From NCBI GenBank assembly GCA_963708025.1, contig CAVPSB010000025.1, positions 160,001-224,000 of the forward strand: DNA of 64,000 nt, written 5' to 3'. The notes under the pieces were generated by a model. That model did no database searches and was not told the origin of the DNA. It was given only the letters and a program-made list of their open reading frames with translations. The translations under genes and the position numbers were made by a program. Position 1 is the first letter of the stretch. Each line of letters starts with the position of its first letter. Shown here one piece after another: positions 1-9,854 of this stretch. The DNA comes from an uncultured Candidatus Rokubacteria bacterium. Lineage in GTDB: Bacteria > Methylomirabilota > Methylomirabilia > Rokubacteriales > DASRDR01.

Positions 1-301
1 CCTGGTCGTCGAGGACGTCTTCAGCGCCCCCCGGGTGCCGCGCACGGCCATCCTGATGGGGCACGCGCGCGCGGTCATCTGTCTGGCCGGCCGCCAGCGG
101 AAGCTGGCGCTCCTCAGCGTCACCCCGGCCGAGGTCAAGCGGGCGGTGACGGCGTCGGGGGCGGCGTCGAAGGACCAGGTCGCGCGGGCGATGCAGGCGC
201 TTCTGCGGCTCCCGGTCGCGCCGCGCCCGAGCCACGTGGCGGACGCCCTGGCGCTCGCCTTCACGGGGCTCTCGCGCGCCCGCGGCCTGGGCCGGCGATG
301 A
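1..301 (+). CDS. ruvC: Holliday junction resolvase RuvC (5' truncated by window edge)
   Basis: Frame open from position 2 (LVVEDVF...); motifs MGHARAVI, EVKRAVTASGAASKDQV, ADALALA; directly upstream of ruvA-ruvB. Confidence 0.92.
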   Translation, partial: LVVEDVFSAPRVPRTAILMGHARAVICLAGRQRKLALLSVTPAEVKRAVTASGAASKDQVARAMQALLRLPVAPRPSHVADALALAFTGLSRARGLGRR

Positions 302-945
302 TCGCGTCCCTGCGCGGGCGCCTGCGCCGGCGCCTGGAGGATCGCGTCGTCGTCGAGTCGGGAGGGGTGGGGTACGAGGTGGTGCTGCCGCCCGTGGTGT
401 CGAAGGGCCTGGCCGACGCGGTGGTGGGGGACGGGGAGGAGGCCACCCTGCTGGCCCTCGTCATCTACTACCACGCGACCCGAGACCAGCCGCGGCCGGT
501 GCTCATCGGGTTCACCGGGGAGCTGGAGCGGGAGTTCTTCGAGCGGTTGATCACGGTGAAGGACGTGGGACCGCTGGTGGCGGCGCGGGCGCTCGTCGCG
601 CCGGTGCCCGACATCGCCGACGCCATCGTGCGGAAGGACGAGCGGTTCCTGCGCCGGCTGCCGGGGATCGGGCCCCAGAAGTGCCGGAACATCATCGCCC
701 AGCTCGAGGGGAAAGTGGCCAAGTACGCGCTGATGCCGCAGCCGGAGGCGCCGCCGGCGCCGGTGACCGCGCCGATCGAGGACGAGGTCCGGACCGTGGT
801 CCGGGAGGTCCTGGTGCGCCAGCTCGGCCTCCGGAGCGGCGAGGCCGAGCTGGCGATCCGCGAGGCCCTGGCCCGACGGCCGGACATCGACAGCCCGGAG
901 GCGTTGTTCGAGGAGATCTACCGGGCCCGCCGAGGGACCCCGTGA
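298..945 (+). CDS. ruvA: Holliday junction branch migration protein RuvA
   Basis: MIASLRG, GGVGYEV, HhH motifs LITVKDVGP and [13 protein letters not shown] overlap with ruvC. Confidence 0.93.
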   Translation: MIASLRGRLRRRLEDRVVVESGGVGYEVVLPPVVSKGLADAVVGDGEEATLLALVIYYHATRDQPRPVLIGFTGELEREFFERLITVKDVGPLVAARALVAPVPDIADAIVRKDERFLRRLPGIGPQKCRNIIAQLEGKVAKYALMPQPEAPPAPVTAPIEDEVRTVVREVLVRQLGLRSGEAELAIREALARRPDIDSPEALFEEIYRARRGTP

Positions 946-1096
946 GTCGCCCCCGGACGTGCGAAGCGGCTGGCTCCTTCGGCCGTCTCTCCGACCCCCC
1001 CCTCCCCCCGGCCAAAGGCCGAAGGCCGTCCACCGGTGGGGGAGGCGGGTTGGGGGGGTAGGTGGGAGGTCACGAAGTGGGCGGGAGGTCCCGAAA
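942..1096 (+). repeat. Family A C-rich/G-rich palindromic element, copy 1
   Basis: CTCCGACCCCCCCTCCCCCCGG...GGTGGGGGAGGCGGGTTGGGGGGG...GGCGGGAGGTCCCGAA, shared with copies at ~2123, 2299, 2437, 3923, 4525, 48669, 51802. Confidence 0.85.
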
Positions 1097-2122
1097 ATCA
1101 GCCAGGAAGAGCCCTCGCTGCTGAGCCGGCTCCCGCTGGCCGACGAGGTCCAGTTCGAGCGGGCCCTCCGGCCCCAGCGGCTCGACGAGTACATCGGCCA
1201 GCGGGACGCGGTGGAGAGCCTCCGGGTGTCGGTCGAGGCGGCCCGGCAGCGGGGCGAGAGCCTGGACCACGTCCTGCTCTACGGGCCGCCGGGCCTGGGG
1301 AAGACCACCCTCGCCTACATCCTCTCCCACGAGATGGGGAGCGAGATCAAGACCACCTCGGGGCCGGCCCTCGAGCGCGGCGACGACCTCATGGGGATCG
1401 TCACCAGCCTGGAGCCGGGTGACGTGCTCTTCATCGACGAGATCCACCGCCTCCCGCGGCCGGTCGAGGAGCTGCTCTACCCGGCGATGGAGGACTTCGA
1501 GGTCAACTTCGTGGTCGAGAAAGGGATGCACGCCCGCACCATGCGGATCCCGCTCAAGCCGTTCACGCTGGTCGGGGCCACGACGCGGCCGGGCATGCTC
1601 AGCTCCCCTCTCCGCGAGCGCTTCGGCATCTTCCATCACCTGGACTTCTACACCGACGAGGAGCTGGCCCGCATCGTCGTCCGCTCGGCCGGCATCCTTG
1701 CGGTCACGGTGGAAGGCGAGGGCGCGCTCGAGATCGCCCGGCGCGCCCGCGGCACGCCGCGCATCGCCAACCGTCTGCTGCGCCGGGTCCGCGACTTCGC
1801 CCAGGTCCGGGGCGACGGGCGCATCAGCCACGCAACTGCCGACGCCGCCCTGACCATGGAGGGGGTGGACGCGCGGGGGCTCGACCGGCTGGACCGCCGG
1901 TTCGTCCAGGCGATCATCGAGCACTACGGCGGGGGTCCGGTGGGGCTGGAGGCGATCGCCGCGACCATCAACGACGAGGCCGAGACCCTGGCCGAGATGG
2001 TGGAGCCGTATCTGCTCAAGATCGGCTTCGTGGTGCGCGGGCCGAGCGGCCGGAAGGCGACGCCGGCCGCGTACCAGCATCTCGGCTATCGCACCGAGGG
2101 TCCGTTACAGCTGTCCTTGTGA
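1097..2122 (+). CDS. ruvB: Holliday junction DNA helicase RuvB (start uncertain: ATC 1097 after an SD, or GTG 959 inside the repeat)
   Basis: [12 protein letters not shown], Walker [10 protein letters not shown], Walker [34 protein letters not shown]. Confidence 0.96.
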   Translation: MSQEEPSLLSRLPLADEVQFERALRPQRLDEYIGQRDAVESLRVSVEAARQRGESLDHVLLYGPPGLGKTTLAYILSHEMGSEIKTTSGPALERGDDLMGIVTSLEPGDVLFIDEIHRLPRPVEELLYPAMEDFEVNFVVEKGMHARTMRIPLKPFTLVGATTRPGMLSSPLRERFGIFHHLDFYTDEELARIVVRSAGILAVTVEGEGALEIARRARGTPRIANRLLRRVRDFAQVRGDGRISHATADAALTMEGVDARGLDRLDRRFVQAIIEHYGGGPVGLEAIAATINDEAETLAEMVEPYLLKIGFVVRGPSGRKATPAAYQHLGYRTEGPLQLSL

Positions 2123-2560
2123 GCACGTGTGAATATCGGCGAGCCTCCGGCTCCCCCCCTCCGGCCACAGGCCGAAGGCCGTCGCGCGGCCGGGGAGGGG
2201 GGCCAAAGGCCGAAGGCCGTCCAAGGATCAGGTGGGCGGGAGGTCCCGAAAGGTGGATTCATGACGGAGATGGGAAAGCTGCTCAGCTGTCGCTGTGAGC
2301 ACGTGTGAGGTATCGGTGAGCCTCCGGCTCCCCCTCCCCCCCGGTGGGTGGGGGAGGGGGGCTGGGGGGGTGGGCGGGAGGTCCCGAAAGGTGGATTCAT
2401 GACGGAGATGGGAAAGCTGCTCAGCTGTCGCTGTGAGCACGTGTGAGGTATCGGTGAGCCTCCGGCTCCCCCTCCCCCCCGGTGGGTGGGGGAGGGGGGC
2501 TGGGGGGGTGGGCGGGAGGTCCCGAAAGGTGGATTCATGACGGAGATGGGAAAGCTGCTC
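2109..2560 (+). repeat. Tandem triplication (138-bp period) of the ruvB 3' end + family A element + DUF2905 5' end
   Basis: ATGACGGAGATGGGAAAGCTGCTC at 2261, 2399 and 2537; CAGCTGTC(C/G)(T/C)TGTGAGCACGTGTGA occurs three times. Confidence 0.92.
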
Positions 2561-2764
2561 ATCGGGGCCGGCGTGGCGCTGATCGTCATCGGCGGCCTGC
2601 TGGTGCTGTCGGGGTCCATGGGCGACAAGGTGCCGGCGGTCGGCCGGTTGCCGGGCGACATCCACATCCAGCGCGGCAACTGGTCCTTCTACTTCCCGCT
2701 GACGACCTCGATCCTGGTCAGCGTGATCTTGACGCTGCTGTTCACCCTCTGGTCCCGCCGATGA
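2537..2764 (+). CDS. DUF2905-family small membrane protein
   Basis: MGKLLIGAG...GRLPGDIHIQRGNWSFYFPLTTSILVS signature; typical position after ruvB. Confidence 0.88.
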   Translation: MTEMGKLLIGAGVALIVIGGLLVLSGSMGDKVPAVGRLPGDIHIQRGNWSFYFPLTTSILVSVILTLLFTLWSRR

Positions 2765-3926
2765 GGGCCCGGGCCCGGACCGTTGCACGGCCCTTGCCGC
2801 GCTCGCGCTGCTCGTCGGGCTCGGCGTCGCCCCGGCTCGCGCGGCGGAGCCGATCCGCGTCCAGGTGGGGGACGGGCTCCGGGCCGTGGAAGTGGCCGCC
2901 CCGGATCTGGTCACCGTGCTCGACGCCGGGACCCGGCGCGCGCTCTTCGGCATCCCCGGCGGGCGCCCGATCCGCCTGGTGGCGACGGCCGGCGGCGGCA
3001 TGGAAGCGACGTGGGGGGCGGGGGGCGCCGTCGAGCGGCGGCGTCTGGTCATGCCCGGGGTCCGGCTCGAGAGCCGGCGCGTCGGGCTCCGTGTGGGGGC
3101 CCGCGACTTCGGCGGGGCCCTCGAGGTCTGGCGGAACGACGGGCTCCTGCTCGTCAACGAGCTGCCTCTCGAGGAGTACATCGCCGGGACGGTGCGGGCC
3201 GAGGCGCCGGAGCGCTGGCCCGCCGAGTCACTGCGGGCGCTGGCGGTCGTCGCCCGGACCTTCGCCGTGTTCCATCAGCAGAAGAACGCCGGCCGGCCGT
3301 ACCACCTGGTGGCCGGGAACCAGCATCAGAACTTCGCGGGGCGGATCGCGGAGGACTCGCCGGCCTGGGACGCCGTGCGAGCGACGGCGGGCCAGGTCCT
3401 GACCTGGCAGGGCGCCATCTTCCCCGCCTTCTACCACTCGGACTCCGGCGGCTACACCGAGCCGCCCCAGTCGATCTTCTCGGGAGGGGGCATCCCGCCG
3501 CTGCCGGGGGTCCGCGACGGGTTCTCGACCGATTCGCCGAACTACTCCTGGGCCGCGACGCTGCCGCTCTCCGTCGTCGCCGACCGCCTGCGCCAGGGCG
3601 GCGTCGAGGTCGGGGACGTCCGCGGGTTCACCGTCCTCGAGCGGAGCGTGTCGTTGCGGGTCCTGCGCCTGGCGGTGGAGCACACGCGGGGGACGGCGAC
3701 GCTCAAGGGGACCGACTTCCGGCGCCTGGTCGGGTACGATGTGCTGAAGAGCACGCTGTTCGTCGCCATGGTGGTGGACGGCGCGGCTCGGTTCGAGGGG
3801 CGGGGGTGGGGGCACGGCGCCGGGCTGTCCCAGTTCGGGGCCAAGGGGATGGCCGAGCGGGGCTATGCCTACCCGCAGATCCTGGCCCACTTCTACCCGG
3901 GCACCGCGTTGAGCACGCTGAAGTGA
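2761..3926 (+). CDS. SpoIID/LytB-domain peptidoglycan hydrolase (probable 1-nt frameshift just after ATG 2761)
   Basis: VNELPLEEYIAGTVRAE, LRALAVVART, YHSDSGGYTE, GRGWGHGAGLSQFGAKGMA; signal-peptide-like TALAALALLVGLG lies in frame upstream of 2865 but out of frame with ATG 2761. Confidence 0.88.
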
Positions 3927-4006
3927 ATGACTTGTCGCCTCCGACTCCCCCCTCCCCCCCGGTGGGTGGGGGAGGGGGGTTGGGGGGGTAGGCGGGAGGT
4001 TCCGAT
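3923..4006 (+). repeat. Family A element, copy 5
   Basis: CCTCCGACTCCCCCCTCCCCCCCGGTGGGTGGGGGAGGGGGGTTGGGGGGGTAGGCGGGAGGTTCCGA. Confidence 0.88.
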
Positions 4007-4336
4007 CTGATCGCCTGGGAGGACTTCGAGAAGGTGGACATGCGCGTCGGTGTCGTCGTCCGGGCCGAGCCGTTCCCGGAGGCGCGGAAGCCGGCCTACA
4101 AGCTCTGGATCGACTTCGGCCCCCTCGGCCAGAAGCAGTCGAGCGCGCAGATCACCGACCACTACCGGGCGGAGGATCTCGTCGGCCGCCCGGTGGTGTG
4201 CGTGCTGAACTTCGCGCCCAAGCGGATCGGCCCCTTCGTATCCGAGGTGCTCGTGCTCGGCGCCTACACGAACGGCCGGGAGGTGATCCTGCTGCGCCCG
4301 GACCAGGACGTGGAGCGGGGGAGCCGGATTGGCTGA
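4007..4336 (+). CDS. csaA: CsaA-like tRNA-binding/secretion chaperone (start probably CTG 4007)
   Basis: IAWEDFEKVDMRVG, PEARKPAYKLWIDFG, SSAQIT, VLNFAPKRIGPFVSEVLVLG. Confidence 0.9.
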   Translation: MIAWEDFEKVDMRVGVVVRAEPFPEARKPAYKLWIDFGPLGQKQSSAQITDHYRAEDLVGRPVVCVLNFAPKRIGPFVSEVLVLGAYTNGREVILLRPDQDVERGSRIG

Positions 4337-4339
4337 GAT

Positions 4340-4438
4340 CCACTTCGGGGGGGTCTCGGAAGACCCCCCCGATTCCCCCCGCTCGGAGGCCGCGACTGTT
4401 GGACGGCCTTCGGCCTTTGGGCCGCGGCTCGAAGTGGA
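4340..4438. repeat. Palindromic element with terminal inverted repeats CCACTTCG...CGAAGTGG and a nested GGCC-GAA-GGCC module
   Basis: Internal hairpin GGGGGGGTCT-CGGA-AGACCCCCCC; TTGGACGGCCTTCGGCCTTTGG is the reverse complement of the module found in family A copies. Confidence 0.65.
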
Positions 4439-4524
4439 ACGCCAGGGCCGTGTGGCCAGAGCCAAAGGGCGAGAGACGCCGTTGGGTGGGGAGTGGAAGC
4501 CGTCCGAGATGGGTTCACGGACTC

Positions 4525-4638
4525 TGAGAGCGTGTGAAGGATCCCGGTCCTCCGACTCCCCCCTCCCCTCCGGTGGGTGGGGGAGGGGGGCCAAAGGCCG
4601 AAGGCCGTCGAAGGATCGGGTGGGCGGGAGGTCCCGAA
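4525..4638 (+). repeat. Family A element, copy 6
   Basis: GAGAGCGTGTGAAG...CCTCCGACTCCCCCCTCCCC...CCAAAGGCCGAAGGCCGTC...GGTGGGCGGGAGGTCCCGAA. Confidence 0.88.
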
Positions 4639-5682
4639 CTGGCGCTCACGCTGGACCGGTTCGACTACGAGCTGCCGGCCGACCGGATCGCTCAGGAGCC
4701 GGCGGAGCCGCGGGACAGCTCCCGGCTCCTGGTCCTCGATCGGCGGGCCGGTGCGCTCCGCGACGCGCACGTCCGCGACCTCGGCGCCCTCCTCCGTCCC
4801 GACGACTGCCTCGTGCTCAACGACACCCGGGTGGTGCCGGCGCGGCTCCTCGGGTGGATCGAGGGATCGGGGCGGGAGGCCGAGCTGCTGCTCGTGCGGG
4901 AGCTGGACGGGGGCGAGTGGGAAGCCCTGGTGCGACCGGCCCGCCACTGCCCGGTGGGCACCGTCCTCGTCGTCGCCGACGGCGCCGCCCGCGCGGTCGT
5001 GCTCGGCCTCGGCCCCCTCGGGCAGCGGCGCGTCCGGCTGGAGACCTCCGGCGGGGTGCCCGACCTCCTGGCCCGACACGGCCTGCCCCCGCTCCCGCCC
5101 TACATCCGCCGCTACCGGAAGCCGGGCGGCGAGGACTGGGCCCGCTACCAGACCGTCTACGCCGAGCGGGACGGGGCAGTGGCCGCGCCGACGGCCGGGT
5201 TGCACTTCACCCCCGAGCTACTGGCGACCCTGGCCGGCGGGGGCGTCGAGCTCCGCCGGGTGACGCTCCACGTCGGCCCGGGCACCTTCCGCCCGGTCCG
5301 CGTCGCGCGGCTGAGCGAGCACCGGATGGAGGCGGAATCCTACGTGGTGCCGGCGTCGACCGCCGACGCGGTGGCCCGGGCCCGGGCCGAGGGCCGCCGC
5401 GTCGTCGCCGTGGGGACCACGACGGTGCGCGCGCTGGAGACCGCGGCCGGCCCCGACGGGACGGTGGCGGCGGGCGCCGGCTGGACCGAGCTGACGATCC
5501 TGCCGGGTCACCGGTTCCGGGCGGTGGACGCCCTCCTCACCAACTTCCACCTCCCGCGCTCCTCGCTGCTCCTGCTCGTCTCGGCGCTGGCCGGGCGCGA
5601 GCGGATCCTCGCCGCCTACCACCACGCCATCGATTCCGGCTACCGGTTCTACTCGTACGGCGACGCCATGCTGATCCTCTGA
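4639..5682 (+). CDS. queA: S-adenosylmethionine:tRNA ribosyltransferase-isomerase (start CTG 4639, or GTG 4534 reading through the repeat)
   Basis: FDYELPADRIAQEP, VLNDTRVVPAR, PLPPYIRR, YQTVYA, AAPTAGLHFT, TLHVGPGTF, VGTT, TNFHLPRS, YRFYSYGDAM. Confidence 0.97.
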   Translation: MALTLDRFDYELPADRIAQEPAEPRDSSRLLVLDRRAGALRDAHVRDLGALLRPDDCLVLNDTRVVPARLLGWIEGSGREAELLLVRELDGGEWEALVRPARHCPVGTVLVVADGAARAVVLGLGPLGQRRVRLETSGGVPDLLARHGLPPLPPYIRRYRKPGGEDWARYQTVYAERDGAVAAPTAGLHFTPELLATLAGGGVELRRVTLHVGPGTFRPVRVARLSEHRMEAESYVVPASTADAVARARAEGRRVVAVGTTTVRALETAAGPDGTVAAGAGWTELTILPGHRFRAVDALLTNFHLPRSSLLLLVSALAGRERILAAYHHAIDSGYRFYSYGDAMLIL

Positions 5683-6848
5683 TGAGCTTCGAGCTCTCGG
5701 CACAGGACGGCGCGGCGCGGCGGGGCCGACTCACCACCCCGCACGGGGTGGTCGAGACGCCGGCGTTCATGCCGGTCGGCACCCTGGGCGTGGTCAAGAG
5801 CCTGACGCCCGCCGATCTCCGGGAGGTCGGCGCCCAGATCGTCCTCGCCAACACCTACCACCTCTTCCTCCGCCCCGGCGCCGCGCTCGTGCGCGAGCTG
5901 GGGGGGCTCCATCGCTTCATGGCCTGGGACGGCCCGATCCTGACCGACTCCGGTGGCTACCAGGTGTGGAGCCTGGCGGCGCTCCGCACGATCGGCGAGG
6001 AGGGGGTCCGCTTCCGCTCGCACCTCGACGGGGGGGCCGAGCACCTGCTCACGCCCGAGCTGGCCGTCTCCGTCCAGCACGACCTGGGCGCCGACGTCCT
6101 GCACCCCCTCGACGAGTGCCTGCCGCATTCGGCGACCCGGGCCGAGACGGAGGTCTCGCTCGCGCGCACCCTCCGCTGGGCCCGGCGGGCGAAGACGGCG
6201 CACGCCGACGGCGCCCGACCAGGCCAGGCGTGCTTCGGCATCGTGCAGGGCGGGATGTACGGGGACCTCCGGCGGGCGGCGGCCGAGGCGACGTGCGCGA
6301 TCGGCTTCGACGGCTACGCCCTCGGCGGCTTCGCCGTCGGCGAGCCCCGGGGTCTCATGGTCGAGCTGGTGGGGGAGACCGCGGCGGCGCTGCCGCCGAG
6401 CCGGCCCCGTTACCTGATGGGCGTGGGCCGACCGGACGACCTGGTGGAGGCGGTGGCGGCGGGGGTCGACCTGTTCGACTGCGTCCTGCCGACGCGGCAT
6501 GCCCGCACCGGTCAGCTCTTCACCCGGCACGGCCTGCTGACCATCAAGCACGCCGCCCACGCTCGCGACGGGCAGCCGCTCGACCCCGCGTGCCCCTGCC
6601 AGACGTGCCGGCACTTCTCCCGGGCGTACCTCCGGCACCTGTTCCTGGCGCGGGAGCTGACCGTCTACCGGCTCCACACGCTCCACAACCTGACCTTCTA
6701 CCTCGGTCTCATGGCCGAGATGCGTGCCGCCATCGCGGCCGGGACGTTCGAGCGCCTGCGCCGCCGGATTCTCGATGTCTATGGCTCGGCCGAGGCCGAG
6801 CCTGTCACCGTGCCGGCCGAGGCGCCGGTGCAGGAGGACCGGACGTGA
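5682..6848 (+). CDS. tgt: tRNA-guanine transglycosylase
   Basis: TPAFMPVGT, LANTYHL, LTDSGGYQ, GIVQGG, PRYLMGVG, FDCVLPTR, Zn site CPCQTC...H. Confidence 0.97.
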   Translation: MSFELSAQDGAARRGRLTTPHGVVETPAFMPVGTLGVVKSLTPADLREVGAQIVLANTYHLFLRPGAALVRELGGLHRFMAWDGPILTDSGGYQVWSLAALRTIGEEGVRFRSHLDGGAEHLLTPELAVSVQHDLGADVLHPLDECLPHSATRAETEVSLARTLRWARRAKTAHADGARPGQACFGIVQGGMYGDLRRAAAEATCAIGFDGYALGGFAVGEPRGLMVELVGETAAALPPSRPRYLMGVGRPDDLVEAVAAGVDLFDCVLPTRHARTGQLFTRHGLLTIKHAAHARDGQPLDPACPCQTCRHFSRAYLRHLFLARELTVYRLHTLHNLTFYLGLMAEMRAAIAAGTFERLRRRILDVYGSAEAEPVTVPAEAPVQEDRT

Positions 6849-7183
6849 TCGACCTCGCTTACGCCATGGCCCCGTCCCCGGGGGGCGGCAGCGGCCCGGG
6901 GGCCATCATGATCCAGCTCATCCCGATGGTCCTTATCTTCGCCATCTTCTTCTTCCTCCTGATCCGCCCGCAGCAGCGGGAGCGCAAGCGGCGGGAGGAG
7001 ATGCTGGCAAGTATCAAGAAGGGCGACCGGGTGGTCACCAGCGGCGGGCTGATCGGGACGGTCGTCGGACTCAACGAGCAGACGGTCACTCTGCGGATCG
7101 CGGACACCGTACGCGTGGAGTGCCTGCGGAGCGCGGTGACCGGGCCCCACGGGGCGGCCCGGGGCGAGCAGGAATCGGCCTGA
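6845..7183 (+). CDS. yajC: Preprotein translocase subunit YajC
   Basis: FFFLLIRPQQ, KKGDRVVTSGGLIG; tgt-yajC-secD-secF synteny. Confidence 0.93.
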   Translation: MIDLAYAMAPSPGGGSGPGAIMIQLIPMVLIFAIFFFLLIRPQQRERKRREEMLASIKKGDRVVTSGGLIGTVVGLNEQTVTLRIADTVRVECLRSAVTGPHGAARGEQESA

Positions 7184-7201
7184 GGCCGGGAGAAACGGAG
7201 C

Positions 7202-8774
7202 ATGCCGCGACATCTGTGGCTTCGCATCGCCGTGGTGGTGGCCGTCATCGTCGCCGCCGCGTGGTATCTCTACCCCCCGCGGAAGACGATCAACCTGGGG
7301 CTCGACCTCCAGGGTGGGATCCACCTCGTCCTCGGGGTCGAGGTTGACAAGGCGCTGGCCGGCGCCGTCGAGCGGACGGCGGCCGACCTCCGGGCCGCGC
7401 TCGACAAGAAGGGGATCGGCGCCCAGGTCACGGCCCCGGTCCCGCCCCCGGTCACGCCCCCGGGCGCCTACACCATCCTGGTGACGCTCACCTCGCCCGA
7501 GGCGGCCAAGGACGCGCAGCCCGTGTTCAACGAGTTCACGGGCCTCGCGGTCCGGACGCTGGACGCGGCGGCCGGGCGCTTCGAGCTGACGCTCACCGAG
7601 CGGCGAATCGCCGAGCTGCGTGACAGCTACGTCCGGACCGCGCTGGAGACCATCCGGAACCGCATCGACCAGTTCGGGGTGGCCGAGCCCGACGATCCAG
7701 CGCCAGGGGGAGAACCGCATCCTGGTCCAGCTCCCCGGCATCCAGGATCCGGCCCGGGCCAAGGCCCTGATCGGGAAGACCGCGGTGCTCGAGTTCAAGC
7801 TGCTCGACGAGCAGGCCGACCTCGAGAAGGCCGTCAAGGAAGGGCCACCCCCCGGTGACGACGTGCTGTACGGGCGGCACGTCGACCGTCAGACGAAGGC
7901 GGAGACGAAGGTGCCCTACGTCGTCCGCAAGCGGACGCTGCTGACCGGCGACACCATCCAGAACGCCGAGGTCCGGATCGGCGACTCCGGCGAGCCCTAC
8001 GTGTCGATCACCTTCAACAGCGAAGGGGCGCGGCGCTTCGCCGAGGCCACCGACCAGAACGTCGGCAAGCGCCTGGCCATCGTGCTCGACGGCAACGTCC
8101 ACTCGGCGCCGGTCATCCGCGAGCGCATCCCCTCCGGGCAGGCCCAGATCACCGGCGGCTTCACGCCCGAGGAGGCGCGGGATCTCGCCATCGTCCTCCG
8201 CGCCGGCGCGCTGCCCGCCCCGGTGCAGATCCTGGAGGAGCGGACCGTGGGCCCGTCCCTTGGCACCGACTCGATCCGCAAGGGCATCATCTCGACCCTG
8301 GCCGGCGCGCTGGCGGTCGTGCTGTTCATGATCATCTACTACCGGCTGTCGGGGCTGGTGGCGGACCTGGCGCTCATCCTCAACCTCGTCATCCTCCTGG
8401 CCTGCATGGCCGCCTTCCACGCCACCCTGACCCTCCCCGGCATCGCCGGGATCGTGCTGACGATCGGCATGGCGGTCGACACCAACATCCTGATCTTCGA
8501 GCGCATCCGGGAGGAGTTCCGGCTCGGCAAATCGGTCCGGGCGGCCATCGACGCGGGGTTCAAGCGCGCCTTCACCACGGTCATCGACACTCACGTGACC
8601 GTCGTCGTGTCGGCGGTCATCCTCTACCAGTTCGGGACCGGCCCCGTGAAGGGCTTCGCGGTCTCGCTCATGATCGGCATCCTGGCGAGCCTCTTCACCG
8701 CGGTGTTCTTCACCCGGCTCGTCTTCGACCTCATCTACATGGGCCGCCGGCGCCTCCAGACGCTGAGCATCTGA
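7202..8774 (+). CDS. secD: Protein translocase subunit SecD, split by a 1-nt frameshift near 7688
   Basis: LGLDLQGG and IRNRIDQFGVAEP in one frame; TIQRQGENRILVQLPG, LRAGALPAP, LTLPGIAG, GMAVDTNILIFERIREE in the next. Confidence 0.95.
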
Positions 8775-8781
8775 GGCCACC

Positions 8782-9729
8782 ATGCTCCAGATCTTCGTCA
8801 GTCCGAAGTACGACTTCATCAGCAAGCGCCGCTGGGCCTACCTGCTTTCGGCCCTGGTCACGCTGGCCGGGCTGGGCCACATCGCCTACAAGGGCGGGCT
8901 CCAGAAGGGGATCGACTTCGCCGGCGGCACCCTGATCCAAGTGCGGTTCCAGCAGGCCACGACCGTCGACGACGTCCGGAAGGCGCTGGACCGGGTCCGG
9001 CTCGGGGAGGGTGTGATCCAGGAGTTCGGCGATCGCCAGGAGTACCTGATCCGCGTCCCGGCGGGGGGTGGCGGACTGGAGGAGGTCTCCAAGCGGGTGG
9101 AGAGCGGGCTGCGCGAGGCCGGCCTGCCCGGCTTCGAGGTCCGGCGCCTGGAGTTCGTCGGCCCCCAGGTGGGGAAGGACCTCCAGTGGCAGGCGGTCCA
9201 GGCCGTGCTGTGGGGCATGGTGGGCATCCTGGCCTACACGGCCTTCCGCTTCGACTTCAAGGGCGGGGTGGCGGCCATCATCGCGCTGATCCACGACGTC
9301 CTGGTCGCCCTGTCCGGCATCTCGCTCACCAACCGGGAGATGTCGCTCCCGGTCCTGGCGGCGCTCTTGACCATCGTCGGCTACTCGATCAACGACACCA
9401 TCGTCGTCTTCGACCGGATCCGGGAGCACCGGAGCCGCGGAGCCCGCAAGGGCGAGACGCTGGCCGACGTCATCAACACCGCGCTCAACCAGACGCTGTC
9501 CCGGACCATCCTCACCTCGCTCACCGTGTTCCTGGTGGTGGCGATCCTCTACGTGTTCGGTGGCGAGGTGCTCCGGGACTTCGCCTTCGCGCTGCTGATC
9601 GGCGTGGTGACCGGCACCTACTCGTCGATCTTCGTGGCCGCCCCCCTCATCGTGGACTGGGAGGCCTGGGTCCAGGCCCGCCAGCGGCACGGCAAGAAGG
9701 CCGTCGCCAAGGCGGGCGCCGGCCGGTAG
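8782..9729 (+). CDS. secF: Protein translocase subunit SecF
   Basis: GIDFAGGT, VGPQVG, ALIHDV, GYSINDTIVVFDRIRE, GTYSSIFVA. Confidence 0.96.
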   Translation: MLQIFVSPKYDFISKRRWAYLLSALVTLAGLGHIAYKGGLQKGIDFAGGTLIQVRFQQATTVDDVRKALDRVRLGEGVIQEFGDRQEYLIRVPAGGGGLEEVSKRVESGLREAGLPGFEVRRLEFVGPQVGKDLQWQAVQAVLWGMVGILAYTAFRFDFKGGVAAIIALIHDVLVALSGISLTNREMSLPVLAALLTIVGYSINDTIVVFDRIREHRSRGARKGETLADVINTALNQTLSRTILTSLTVFLVVAILYVFGGEVLRDFAFALLIGVVTGTYSSIFVAAPLIVDWEAWVQARQRHGKKAVAKAGAGR

Positions 9730-9854
9730 GCCACCGAGAATCTCCGACCGAGTCGTCCCCGGGGCCTCTGGTCTCGAACGGGACGCGTCCGCGTGCCTCA
9801 GAAACCGGCTCCCCCGGGCGACCGGGAGGCGATACACTAGAAGGCTACACCGCC

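Noticed and set aside
2231-2560. CRISPR array suggested by regular repeats
   Set aside because: Whole 138-bp units are duplicated with identical 'spacers' and include gene ends; no cas genes
4329-5681. Long N-terminal extension of Tgt (839-aa ORF)
   Set aside because: Off-frame overlap with queA in stop-poor GC-rich DNA; Tgt similarity begins at ATG 5682
7680-7695. Programmed frameshift in secD
   Set aside because: No slippery heptamer; similar single-base indels throughout the window point to sequencing error
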